The position numbers and the translations under genes were made by a program. This document shows positions 49,335 through 61,162 of a stretch of DNA of 64,000 bases, piece by piece; position 1 is the stretch's first letter; each line of letters begins with the position of its first letter. Below the pieces are notes generated by a model. That model was given only the letters and a program-made list of their open reading frames with translations, did no database searches and was not told the origin of the DNA. Origin of the DNA: Phaeosaccion multiseriatum (lineage: Eukaryota > Protista > Ochrophyta, other classes); assembly GCA_965112735.1 (NCBI GenBank), contig OZ218959.1, forward strand, positions 3,348,001 through 3,412,000, read 5' to 3'.

Positions 49335-51521
49335 ATGGCGTGGAGGCGCGATGCGTGGAACGGATCGTCTTTCCCGCCGAGAAGCTCTCCGTCTGGTAGG
49401 TCTCGAGTGCGTAGTGAGACCTTGTTCTCGTTCTTGCTTCCCTTCTCGTCCTCCCTCTCTCGTCCTCCCTCTCTTCTGCCCTCTCTCCCTCTGTTGCTGC
49501 CCTCTGTCCTTCCTTGCTGTCCTCTTCCGTTCCGTTTTGCTTCTCGGGTCTCTTGTTACCACTTCCGTTGCCGTTCCTGTCCTGTCGTCCTCTAATACTA
49601 CTTCGAACGCTTCTGGTCACCATAACAGCCCCCTCTCGTATTGTCCTTTGCTCTCATCCCCTTGCTGCTCTCCTGTACTGCGCTCAGCGCTTTTGAATAA
49701 CTTGTCTACGAACAAGGATTCGCTGGTGAGTGGACGTCGCATCAGTCAGTCAGTTACGGGGAGGGGAATGAAAAGGGTGGAGTAAAAAATGCATAGGTGA
49801 ATGATAACCTCTCTGCTACTTATCCAACCCCCACCGCGCCCTTCTATCACCTTCTCAACGCAGTGCTTCGTAGGAAGTGGCAAGCTAAGAATGTTGAGTC
49901 GGAAGTCGGGGTCAATATCCACCCTGGGTTCAGGAGGGAGCAGTGGGGAGGTGGTGGAGGCCAAGTTTGTAGTGCTGAACGGAGAGGATGCCCTTGTCTG
50001 TTGTTTGCGCGGAGGTGAGTAACTGAGAACAAACTATATGTGATTCTGGTGTTTTGTCCTCCTCCTCCTCCTCCTCCTCCTCCTCCTCCTCCTCCTCCTC
50101 CTCCTCCTCCTCCTCCTCCTCCTCCTCCTCCTCCTCCTCCTCCTCCTCCTCCTCCTCCTCCTCCTCCTCCTCCTCCTCCTCCTCCTCCTCCTCCTCCTCC
50201 TCCTCCTCCTCCTCCTCCTCCTCCTCCTCCTCCTCCTCCTCCTCCTCCTCCTCCTCCTCCTCCTCCTCCTCCTCCTCCTTCTTGTTCTTGTTCTTGTTCT
50301 TGTTCTTCTTCTTGTTCTTGTTCTCCTCCCAATCTTGCTCTTCCTCCTCCTTCCCCTCCTCTTCCCCCTTCTCCTTCTCCCCCTCCTCCTTCTCTCTCTC
50401 CTCCCCTCCTCCTCCACCTCGTTATCCTCCTCCTCCTCCTCCTCCTCCATCTTCTTCTCCTCCTCCTTCTCAGGGGTTGAGATTTGGCGGGCCGATGGGT
50501 CGGTTCGCGTGTTCTATTGCGAGCTGGACAAGGTGCTGGAGTTTACAAATGATGTGGACAGTCAGGGCGCGTTTTGTCAAGGCCTGGCCACAGCAGCGGA
50601 TAGCTCCACACTCTTAGTAGGGGTGAGTGTGCGGTAGGCGCCCTCTCGATACGCGTACATGCTCAACCACACTTGCTGCTGCTGCTGGTGGTGCTGCTGC
50701 TCGCTCTCCCTTCACTGCCAGACGAGTGAGGGCGACATTCTCCAAATCCAAGCCGAGCTCGGCCTTACAGACCCCAAAGTGTCGAAAGTGTGGCTGGCGA
50801 GCTTGCTCAAGGGGCACGTGCGGGCCATAGTAGACATCGCAGTGGCGTCAGCCGGAGATGCAGCGGCATCCGCGGATGTGTGAGTGGCTGTGTTTTGGTC
50901 TTGTCGTTTTGGTTGAAGCATGCACGCAGGGAACACACACACATGCACATGTTATCTTAAGACCACAATCTCTCTCCGATCTCCGCGCCCTTACAGGGGG
51001 GGCAGCATCACGGTGTGGGACGCCCAGGCTCTGAAGAAGCTTTTCGTCCTGGACGGGGAGGGCTACCCCGTGACGAGCCTGGAGATGCAGGGGGACTCCA
51101 TCATTGCAGCCTTCTCCACGGGCCACATTCGTCTCTACCGCCTCAGCGTGAGGGAGCTCTCGTGCGAAATTGTCGCACACAGCAGGAGCATTACAGCCAC
51201 TTCGCTTCATCCCTCCTTGAACATTGTGAGTCGTAGGAGTGCTTGGGACGGCCGTATGGATCCCACACATCACTCATTTCTGGGCCCCTCTGTTTCCCGC
51301 CTCCCTCCCCCCTGCAGCTGGCAACTGTGAGCGAAGACACCTACGTCAGCGTTTGGTCCCTTCCTGAGTTCAATTCCTCGCACCCTCGGGCAGAGCTTCT
51401 GTTCCACGAGCAGCCGGGCGAGGGGGTACTTCTCACGGGCGTGTCGTTCCTGGACCCGGCAGGTACCCTAATGGCAGTGGCCTATGACACGGATCATCCC
51501 TTCTGCTGGCAGCGGTCATAA
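49335..51521 (+). CDS. WDR54: WD40-repeat protein 54-like
   Basis: Spliced N-terminus MAWRR...RSSPSALLNNLS resembles WDR54 (LRGSAAALCNNLS). Later motifs are GYPVTSL, FSTGHIRLY, EIVAHSRSIT and ATVSEDTYVSVW. Confidence 0.75.
50058..50279. repeat. Perfect (CCT)74 microsatellite in a WDR54 intron
   Basis: Uninterrupted CCT run followed by degenerate (TTCTTG)n and CT-rich sequence. Confidence 0.97.
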
Positions 51522-51675
51522 ATACTAACAAAACATGTACAATTTAAAATGTATTCTAAAAGTATTAACTTTCCTGCGCTCGCGCGTGTCTCCGCGAGTG
51601 ATGTCCTCTCGTCTCTCCCTCCTCTCTTCTCCCGTTTGTGTATGCACAGTAATTAGTAAATATCAACAATTCCTC

Positions 51676-54600
51676 TCAAATGGCCTTCCTCCACACGTCC
51701 TCCTCCCCCTTCTTCCTGGCGGGGTCAATCCTATTTCGAAAGCCCAAAAGAGTGCAGGACAACGCCTGCGTGGCCCCCACCACCGGCCGCAGCACGGCAA
51801 GGGGTAGGGCCCTCACGACGGCAGTAGCGACGCCCGCCTCTTGATCCTCGTAGGGGATGGCAAGGATCGTCTGCGTCGCAAACTGAAACTCGCGCGAGAG
51901 ATTGTCGTACGCGGCTTCCACACCCTCCCGAATGCCGCTGGGCTGCAGGTCGTAATACTCCCCACTGCTGCTCGTGGGCTTTGCGTTGCCCTGCGGCGTA
52001 ATGACGTCGTCCAGCGTCCTCGCCAGACACCCCGCCATGCGCTGAGTCGTGTCCAAGCTCTCCACGGTGAGAACTCGGAGAAAAGCCGCAGAGCCCGCCC
52101 GCATGCCCCTTAGAATCCTCCCGTCCCGCTTGTACTGCTGAATGGGAAGCAGCACGAGATCCGCCACGCCCTTGCCCACACTCACGAGGGGCCGGATGGG
52201 CGTTGCTCCTGCCAAGAATTTGTGCAGCTGCTTGGACGAGATTGCGCCCACCCAGGCCTCCATTACGTCATTGCCCACGCTCACCCACCCCGAGTTGCCC
52301 GTGAGCAGCACCTGGCCCAGCGTGAGCTGCACTCCCTCGAGAGGGAAGAGGTTGAGCAGCTCCAGGAAGTTGCCTTCCTGCAGATCCTTGACCTTGATGT
52401 TGCGCGGCTGGTAATCGATCTTGACCTTACATGGGCCAAAGTCGCAGCTCTGGAAGAAGGCCCCCGCCTGCGCAGGAGCGGCAGGAGAAGCAAGACGGCC
52501 ATCGCCTTTCTGCTGCTGCTTTGTCCCTCCCGCTGCTGCTCCTGCTGATGCTGGGCTGAACCCGCGCAGAAAGTCGATGGTGTGTTGCCCAAACGTAATG
52601 TGGAGGGGGAGCACGCGAACCTTGAGCATGTACTCGTCGTTGAGGGGAGACGCCACATCCTGGGCAGTACTGCGGCTCGTCAGCTGCATGGTGAGCATGC
52701 TGTGGTGCGACTGCCGAGGGTGGGCCTTGTCAGAGCGCCAGTGCGTCACCACCTTGCGGGGGCGGGTGCTCGTAAGGGTGTCAAAGATGTGAAAGTCCTT
52801 GACAATGAAAGCCATGTTGGACAGCAAGTCGCCGTCGGACAGCTCGTGGAAGGAGTTCAAGCGCAGACTGGCGTGGCTCAGCACGAGCTCGAGCATGTGC
52901 AAAGTCCTCCTCCCAGATGCAGAGCCCGCCTTTGCCTGCGAACGACGCCGCCTTTGGGGTGCATATCGGGTGTAAGAGGCCTTCCCTCCGTCCAGGACGC
53001 CTCCTTCTCCTTGGTAGTTCTCCAAGAGAGCGTCCATCAAGGCGGACTTTCTGTCGCTCTTTGCTGTGTGAGCGGCTCGCACAGGCTCTAGCTGCTGCTG
53101 CTTCTGCTGCTGCTTCTGCTGCTGCTGATGCTGCTGATGCTGCTGATGCTGCTGCTGCTCTTCGTCCACCTCTCTCCAGTCCAGACCGCCGAAGAATCTC
53201 CAGCAAACGGTAACGTCGTGCACGATGAGCTGCAGAGTGGGTTGGGGCTTGCCATCCGACGCCCCAGCGGGATGTTGGGCGGCAGCAGCAGCAGGAGGCG
53301 AGTTCTCCAGAAGGTCAGGGACCGCTATATGGTGCGGATAGATCCGTAGCTCGTCAGAGGAGAACCATTGAGCCCCTTCGGCCTGATGATGAGGGACGGC
53401 AGCGTTATTCCCCGCTGCCTCTCCCATACTACTGCCGACGTCGTGTTGCTCCTCATAGTGGTCCTCGTTCTCGTCGTCCTCGTCCTCCTCCTCGCTGCTG
53501 CTACTGCTGCTGCTGCTGCTCTCGTCCTCCGAACTGCTCTCGTCTTCCGCGTGCTTCAAGCCCCCCTCCGCGGCGGAGGGGAAAATGCCATCTTCCAGCT
53601 CAATGTCAATAGCGCCGGGCAGGCGAAAGCCAAGAGACGCAGTCGAGCGTGAAGAAGACAGCCCTCCCAGGCCCTCGGTGCCACTTCCGAAACCCAAGAA
53701 ACCAAAGTCAGCGCCAAAACCAAAGTCACCACCGTGGCCTCGGCCGCCATCATCGTGCGTAGGCGACAGCCACCGTGCACCCCCTTCCTCCTCCTCCTCC
53801 TCCTCCTCCTCCCCCTCCTCAACCGCTGGTTGCGTGGACGTCTCATCACCTCCACTATCGCCCGCACCACCCTCCTCCCCCCCTTGGTAAAGCGGCTCCT
53901 GGACCGCCACGCAATAGTAGTCCTCAATGACCGGATAGTTCCCTTGGTTGGACTGAGACCGGCGCACAGTTCCCGTGGTGGCCTCCTCATTGTCTCCCGC
54001 ATCCTCCCGCCCGAGGGCAGGCACCACAGACGATGAGACTGTCCGAGGCGCCGCAAAAGAGTTCTCATCCACCTCGTCCAGAAGAGACGTTCTTCTTTTC
54101 CCCGCAACCGCAGCAGCAGTGGCAGCAGCAGAAGCCGCTCCGCCATCACGAGCCACCCTCAAAACCCCTGCAGCCCTCGCGGCGTTCACCTCTTGAAAGG
54201 TTGCCCACCAATCTGAGATTAAAGCAGCGCAAGACACGAGAGAGTCCCGGCAGATGTACACGTGCAGAGTACCCATCCAGACCTCCACAGTCATGTGCCC
54301 GTCGACAGGGGATGGGGCGTTCGTCTTGATCCGAATGAAAGAATCTAGGAAGTTCAGAGTGGCCACCTGCACAAAATCAACCCCCTCCAGGTACTCCTGC
54401 AGAGAGGCGCTGCGATTTCCCCCCAAGGAACCACCGCAGGAGCAGTCGCAAAGGACTGAGTCTTCGGCCGCGTAGTCTGTCAGGCGAACGGCAAGGTGAT
54501 ATGCAATGTCGCGCACCACGAGCTTGACGCACTGCACGGCCGCGCCCGGCACGAAATTGCACGACAGGCGAAAGATGCCCGCCGAGATGACTGCGCGAGC

Positions 54601-57600
54601 ACTGCTGGAGTAATCTACCACCCCGTTGGTGACGGTGACGAATAACTTTGTCAAGCAACCGGTGCTGCTAGGCTGCTGCTGCTGCTGCTGCTGAACCTCC
54701 TCCTGCTGCTCGCTGCCTTGCACATCCCCCGTAACGAAGCCCAAAAGGCGCATGAGCCAGTTTGAGCGCACGGTGTAGCGCAGAGACAGGTCGTGCAAAT
54801 TCGACACAATCGTCATTGTGCTTCCTCCCCCTTCGGCTGGTGCTGGCAAAGAGGTGACACACGCATCCAATGCCGTGTCCGACTGCGCCTTGACCCACTT
54901 GGTGCGATACAGAACGGGAATGAAAGTGGGAGAAGGGCCGCCATGTCGAGCCGAGACTTCTCCGTTGGCCTCATAGATGCAGAGATCCGTCGCTGAAAAG
55001 TGCTTCTTTGAGCTTTGGGCAGGAGGAGTGAAGTCTCCCAGCACTCCAGCTGCTCGAATCTTGAAGGAGTAAAAGCCTCCCTCAAGGCTGGGCGTGTGTC
55101 CGCTCGACTCGTGCAGCAGCACTGTAGCTTGGCGCACTCTCAGCTGGCTTCCACCCCCGCCTTCATCGCTACCCCTGCTGCTGCCGCTGCCGCTGCTACT
55201 GCCGCTGGTCTCAACCCCGCCCCCCGTGGACGTTACAATCTCCAGCAGAAGCTTGTATTCCACGAACGCCAAATCCAGCGTCACTGCTGGTAGAGTGCAC
55301 AGGGGCTTGGGGGCGCTTTCAGGCTGTCCCTCCAAGGGCGAAACCTTGTTCTCCTCCCAAAAGGCGTCTTCCCCCCACCCTTTTGGATCGGGCTGGGGCT
55401 CCCACGTGTGTAAGAAATCCTGGGCACCCGCTTGTCGAGGCGATTCCGCCCCTGCCTCCCTGTGGATACGAACCCCTCGCTCCAGCGAAATAGGGCCCTG
55501 TGAGTCGCTCGTCACATTAAGGAATGAGAGGCGGTGCTGCTGCGAGCATTGACCGTCGTCGGACAGGGCCGAGAGGACCAACACGGCCTCCAAAGTCCGC
55601 GCCTCTACACGCATCCCCGACGCCACGTCTGGAAGTCGCACCTCAGCAGTTAGTTGCTGGACGACAACTAAAAGCAGAGCCGCCGAGGAACACGAAGCGG
55701 GGGGGGGGAGGACGTTTTCCCACTTGCGTTGGAGGAGGCCGTCGTTACACGAGCGCAGCAGGTCACCAAAAACGGCCGAGTTGCCCATGGTCGCATTGTC
55801 CGCAGGGAGATACAAATCGAGGCGCGGCAAGACCAATTGAAGCGCCTTGCCGCCATTCGCCGCCGCGGTGGGACTACTGCTGCTGCTGCTGCTGCTGCTG
55901 GTGCTGGTGCTGCTGCCGTCTCGCCCATCCTCCATTTGGCCCGAAAGAGATGCTAAAAAGGAGCTTGCATGCCCCAGAGTCTCTGAGTCCAGCGTTACTT
56001 CCAGTGCCTGCTGGCAAGTGCAGCGCAATAGGTTGTCCTTTCCATCGTCCGAGAACAATATACAGCTCTGCGGGGACGAAACTACTGCGCTCGAGCTGGA
56101 TGCGGAGAGGGGAAAGTGCGCCACGCGCTGGGCTTGGCCTTTCCAAAAGTTGCTGAGGTGAGCCTTCCCAATCTCAGCATGGCGCTGCGCCCCCGTACCC
56201 CCAAGCTGCAGACGGAAGCAAGAGTGGCGAACCACGAGCCGAAAGTGGGCATCTTCCTCCCAGTTCTCCGATGCAGGTTGCTGCTGCGGCCCATGGAAGA
56301 GCACAGCCGTACACGCGTCCAACCGAATGCGAACCTCGACCGAGGTCGAGGCGGACTTGAGAGAGGAGGAGTCCAAAAACTCCTCGTCGTGGCAGTCGAA
56401 AAACTCGTCATCGCCTTCGAGGCCCATCGACTCCGCGAGCCGATGCCTCGCTTCCGCGTACTCTCGCAGCATGTCCTCCAGTCTCCGGAAATTCATCTCC
56501 TGCTGCTGCTCTCCTCGCACGCTGTCCTCACCCAAGAAGCCGTCAAGCACCAAGGAACTGCTCAGGAGAGTGCCCAGAGGATGATGATGAGGTGCCTGCT
56601 GCTGCTCCTGCCCCCCCCCGCCCCCCAAACTCTCTGCAAACAGCAGGATACGACAACACAAGTCTGGACACATAGTCACGTGCAAACTTTTTAGCGACGC
56701 ATCCATATCCAAAGCTGAATTGGCTGGCTTCCCTCGTCCCGGAGAGGACTTGATACAAACGCTTGCTCCCGTTGAGCTCGCCACCTCGCTGTCAACGCCC
56801 TTCTCGGCGTCCTCGTAGCGTACTTGCACGCCCCCCACAGCAACGCTCTGTGCACGGAACAAGAGCAGCCGCAATTCGATTGAGGCCACAGCGAAGAAAC
56901 GATGCGGGGTAGAGACAGTGATATAACATCAGGTGGGAAATCTTCTTGCTGAAAGAGGGTGAGACTGAAGGGCCTAAGTCCTCCTTTGGAATCCAAAATA
57001 GAACTCACCTTGATGACATCCTCGTCCCAAGCCGCAGCAGCGTCCAGCGGCGAGGGTACCGCGTCTGGGGTGTCATCCACATACCGCGCAGACGACGCAT
57101 AAACCACCAGGCTGGCGCTGCCTCCCCCCCCGACTCGCACACACACATCAGATACGGCCACCTTTATCTTGGACGAAATCTGCTTGATCCAGCTGGCCAC
57201 AAAGTCCAGGCCCTCCATCGATTCATCCTTACTATTTGATTCGGGAAAGGTGCTGTTGGGCGGAGGCGGGGTCCGCCTATGGGAATTTGAACCACTCCCG
57301 GCTGCACCAGCGGTAGCACACCCCCCTCCCAGAGCAGAAGCCTCCACATCCAACGAGAGCTTTTCCACCTCGAACGACAGACTCTCCGACAACAAATTGC
57401 TGTAGCAAATGTGGACCCTCAGCTTGCCCACGTGCGCTGCCTTCACGCGGAAAGGGGTGCCTTCCATATACGGCGCGAGCGAAGCAACATTGAGCTCCAA
57501 GTCCGAGAGCTCCACACTTCCAGCCCTGACTGACACGGACAGTTGCTAGGGGGGCACGAGGGGGCAGGGGAGGGCTGACTGGGGTAAGGAGACGGAGCGA

Positions 57601-57740
57601 CGACACAAAACGTCCGCTTGCCTTGGCAAACGCACCTCAAGAAGCAGGTCATCCTGGAGGAATCTCCCAATCAGCTTCCGCAGAACGAACTTGTACAGGC
57701 GGCAAAGCGTTGAGTCCGCCAGACGCTGAAGCGCCTGCAT
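51676..57740 (-). CDS. ATG2: Autophagy-related protein 2 (bridge-like lipid transfer protein)
   Basis: Chorein_N-like RLYKFVLRKLIGRFL...GSVELSDLELNV. C-terminal KIDYQPR, ELLNLFPLEGVQLTL, GKGVADLVLLPIQQYKRDGRILRG and LLGFRNRIDP. Confidence 0.93.
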
Positions 57741-58058
57741 GATGGCTTCTGGCTTTTGTACAAATGTTGCTCCTTTCCTCCGCTGACTCGGTCAGGGCTG
57801 CAGTTTTCTTGACACTTTTCGGACTCCTTCAAACCCCCCCCCCGCCCTCTCTTACTCATTTCATCCCAAGCTGGCAGGTGGGTTGGGCTCAGAAGGCCAC
57901 TCTAGCGGGGCATTGTGGAGGAAGAGCCCACCTCTCTTTCGATTGAAGGCTTGGAGTCCAGGTTGATGAAAGAATCCTGGCGACGACGCTACGCTCTGGA
58001 TCACCACATCACGAGCCTGCCGCTCCGATCCCTCGACATCACGAAATCAAACCCTCAA

Positions 58059-59878
58059 ATGGCCGAGGACTTGGAAGCACAGGTGCTTGGGGGCAATTTT
58101 GTGACTCTGGAGCTTCCTGTTTCAGTGAATAGCTCCGACAAGGCTTTGAAACTAGTGGGGGGCTTGGAAGCGGTGGGGGATGCCGTTCGGGGGCAGAAGG
58201 CGCTGGGTCTGCACTTTCCCTCCCCGGAGTCCTCCTCGATGTCCCGGTGCACGCCTGTAGTGTCCTGCACTGAGACTGATTTTGGGGGAGAGCGCTGTTT
58301 GGTTAGGGTCAGGAGATTGAAGCGCCGCCGAGGCGCGGTGGAGGCTGTCGTGATGGGCAAGGTTGACGCCGCCATTAGCTTCACCTCCCCAGCGGACTTT
58401 CAGTTCACGTCCTCTTCGAAGAGGGTCGAGGCGGACCGGGAGAGTTCCACAGCTGACGAATCGCACCCGCAGCCGCAGCCGCAGCCGCTAGGAGATGGCC
58501 AACAACTCTTGCTGGACATTCTGCCTCCAAACTATTTCCTGCCCCCATCCAGGCAACCCATCTCGTACAGATTCGTCCAGCGAGAGCAGGTCAGCAGTTG
58601 CGTTGATTAAAACTATGCTTGCTTTCTTGCTTGACAAAGGAAGAGAATGAAAAACAACCTGTCACTCCTCCTCCTTGTCGCAGAAAAAACCCCCGGCCAA
58701 GAAAAGCGGGGGACTGGGCGTTGTTGTTGTCGGGTTTGGCGAAGTCCCGCAGCAAAGGGATGAAGCTAAGGCGCTCATTCGGAATGCGCAAGAGTGGCAA
58801 AAGAAGGAGATGCTGCAGCAATCTGAGTCGAGCGGGGGCACCACCGGCAGGCCCAACGCTGCCCAGGCGACGACGAGGAGGTACAGCGTGCTCCTGAAGC
58901 TGGACGAGATCTTTCAAGAGAAGCCTATGTGGAAGCAGCACGAGGTCATTGCGGCGTTCCCAGGTTAGTATGTTTACGGCTCTGGAGTTCCCGCCACTTT
59001 CCACGCCAACATCCACCTGCTTGACGTGTGTAAACAAACCAGGGAACATGCGCTATATCGTGGTGGAAATGATCCATGCGGTGGCCTACTACGCTTCCAA
59101 CGGCCCCTGGAGGTCTTACTGGATCAGGTTCGGCTACGACCCCGCTTCGGACCCCCAGACACGTTTCCTGCAAGTGCTAGAGTACAGGGTATCCAGCAAC
59201 CAGTTGAGCGTGTGGCGGGCTCGCATCAGCTCGAGGAGGCAAGGGCAAGAAGGCGAAGGGACCGACGACGTGTGCGTCTTTGGACACGCGCTCCGTGTAC
59301 AGAACCGGCTCATCTTTAACACGCTGGTGGACGCCCAAATACAGGTAAGACGTTTGTGCCGAGTCCGCCCTTATGTGGAGGTTGGCTGATACCGCCATCG
59401 CCGTTGTGTGGGCCGCAACAGGAAATGCTTCTGCAAGCGCCTCGCCTCAAGACCCCTCACCCCAAGACCGGGTGGTTCACGGCGCAGTTCATTGCTCAGC
59501 TTCGATCGGTAAGTCGCGTCTCGTAGACTTATTCCCCTTGTGGTGGGCGCAGCACAAAGAATATTAAAGCTGTTCTTGGGTTGGGCCGCCTCCCCCCCCT
59601 CTTCTCGCGCAGGAATTGGAAGCCTGCATTGATGCACTGACGAAGGGAAGGGCGCCGTCACAGGCCTTGACCCCGACCGAATTTCTCGAAAAGGCGCAGA
59701 GAGAGGGCAAGAATGTGCCGGTGGTTCCGGGGGCGCAGTCGGGAATTCGCATCAGAAGGGGCAACACGGGCACGGAGCAGCCAGGCAGATGGACCGTTAC
59801 GCACACGCGGGGCAGCGGCCAAGCGTTCCCTCCCCACCAATCGCGCGCTCCCGCTAAGCGCCAGCAGCAGCAGGATCT

Positions 59879-59926
<48 letters not shown>

Positions 59927-60278
59927 GGAGCAGCAGAGCAGGAAGCGGGTGCGAGGCAGTCGGGGAGGCTCGGCGGCCGCAAGAAGAGCAGCGGCAGGAG
60001 GAGGGGCTTCCAGCAGCGGTGCCAGAGCAGCCGTGACGAGTCTGCAGAGCGACCACCTCACAAAGAGCGGACTTTTCCCAAGCTCCGACTTGCTGGGGGA
60101 GAAGCTTGGAGGCATGATGCACCACCTACAGCAACCCCCGACGCTGACAGGGGATGGGGACGAGGCCGAGAAGCTCGCTGCGGAGGGACAGGAGGAGGAC
60201 GAAGAAGAGGAGGAAGAAGAGGACGAGGAGGACGACGACGACGAGGAGGAGGACGAAGAAGAGGAAGAAGAAGACTAG
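58059..60278 (+). CDS. GTF3C5: General transcription factor IIIC subunit 5 (tau95/Tfc1)
   Basis: LELPVSVNSSDKALKLVGG, FTSPADFQF, VAYYASNGPWRSYWIRFGYDP...LQVLEYR and an acidic C-terminal tail. An alternative start lies at 57966. Confidence 0.85.
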
Positions 60279-60355
60279 CAACAGCATCTAAAAAGTCTAT
60301 ATTTTTACCCAACCCCCCCGATTACGATACAATAACTGCTGAAAAATGCCGTCCT

Positions 60356-60924
60356 CTAAATCATGTCCTCTGTGGGCAAGTTTAATACTGTTGCGACCGC
60401 CACGACCAGTGCCACGGCAAGGAGACCTGTTTACGGAGGCAAGAGAGGGGGGAGGGCGTCAGAGACGTGTGACACCTTGCCTGCGTCTCACAGACCACAC
60501 AATTCGACTCACCTCCACCGATAATCAGCTTGTTGTCCGCCCTCTCCTCTACTTCGCCCTCCACCTTGAGCTCGGGCTCTACGCTCCACACGTTCGTCTT
60601 ACCGTCCTGGTCGCGGAACGAGCCAAAGCGAACGTTTTTGTTTGGCGAGAAGAAGCCATCTGAACCAAAATCGGCGTTTGTGGGACTCGCTTCGCCCTCG
60701 GTAGCAACAGCTTGGGTCTCCGTCTCTGCCTCCGCCCCCCCCTCGCTCATCCTCCGGGATATCCGCTGCGCTCCGTTCTGGTGTGCCCTCGCAGAAACTC
60801 GCTGATGCGCCCGAGAGAGCAGCACGCGGGAGCTCGCTGGAGGTGAAAGCACTGTGAAAGCCGCGGCAGTAGAAAGCAGCAGAAGGAGGAGCATACTCAC
60901 GCTCGAGGCACCCATCATTGTCAT
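60356..60924 (-). CDS. Small plastid single-TM protein, Psb34/Ssl1498-like
   Basis: Signal peptide ending AAA-F, a transit peptide, then RDQDGKTNVWSVEPELKV...LIIGGGLLAVALVVAVATVL across one intron. Confidence 0.65.
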
Positions 60925-61162
60925 TATACTAAAGAGGAGGGAGTAGAGAAAGGCAGTGAAGGACGAGAGTGTGTGAAGACGCTTCCAAGAGGACGCTTCC
61001 AAGAGGTGTGAGATTTTGGTGGTGTTTCCCCACCAGCACACAAAGAGAGTGGTTGCCAGCATACGTATGCAGGCCGTGAACTGCCATTTTACTTTTACCA
61101 GGCAATCCTTTGAAGCATCGACTGTTTCTCCGAGGGAATGTCGCCCTCGTGAGGCTGCCGGG

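Noticed and set aside
49847-50617. ORFs with poly-G, poly-R, poly-P and poly-S tracts
   Set aside because: They are translations of the intronic (CCT)n microsatellite.
31119-57740. Possible phosphoinositide/autophagy gene cluster (myotubularin, PDK1-like kinase, ATG2)
   Set aside because: The genes are interspersed with unrelated ones over 26 kb, and there is no synteny evidence.
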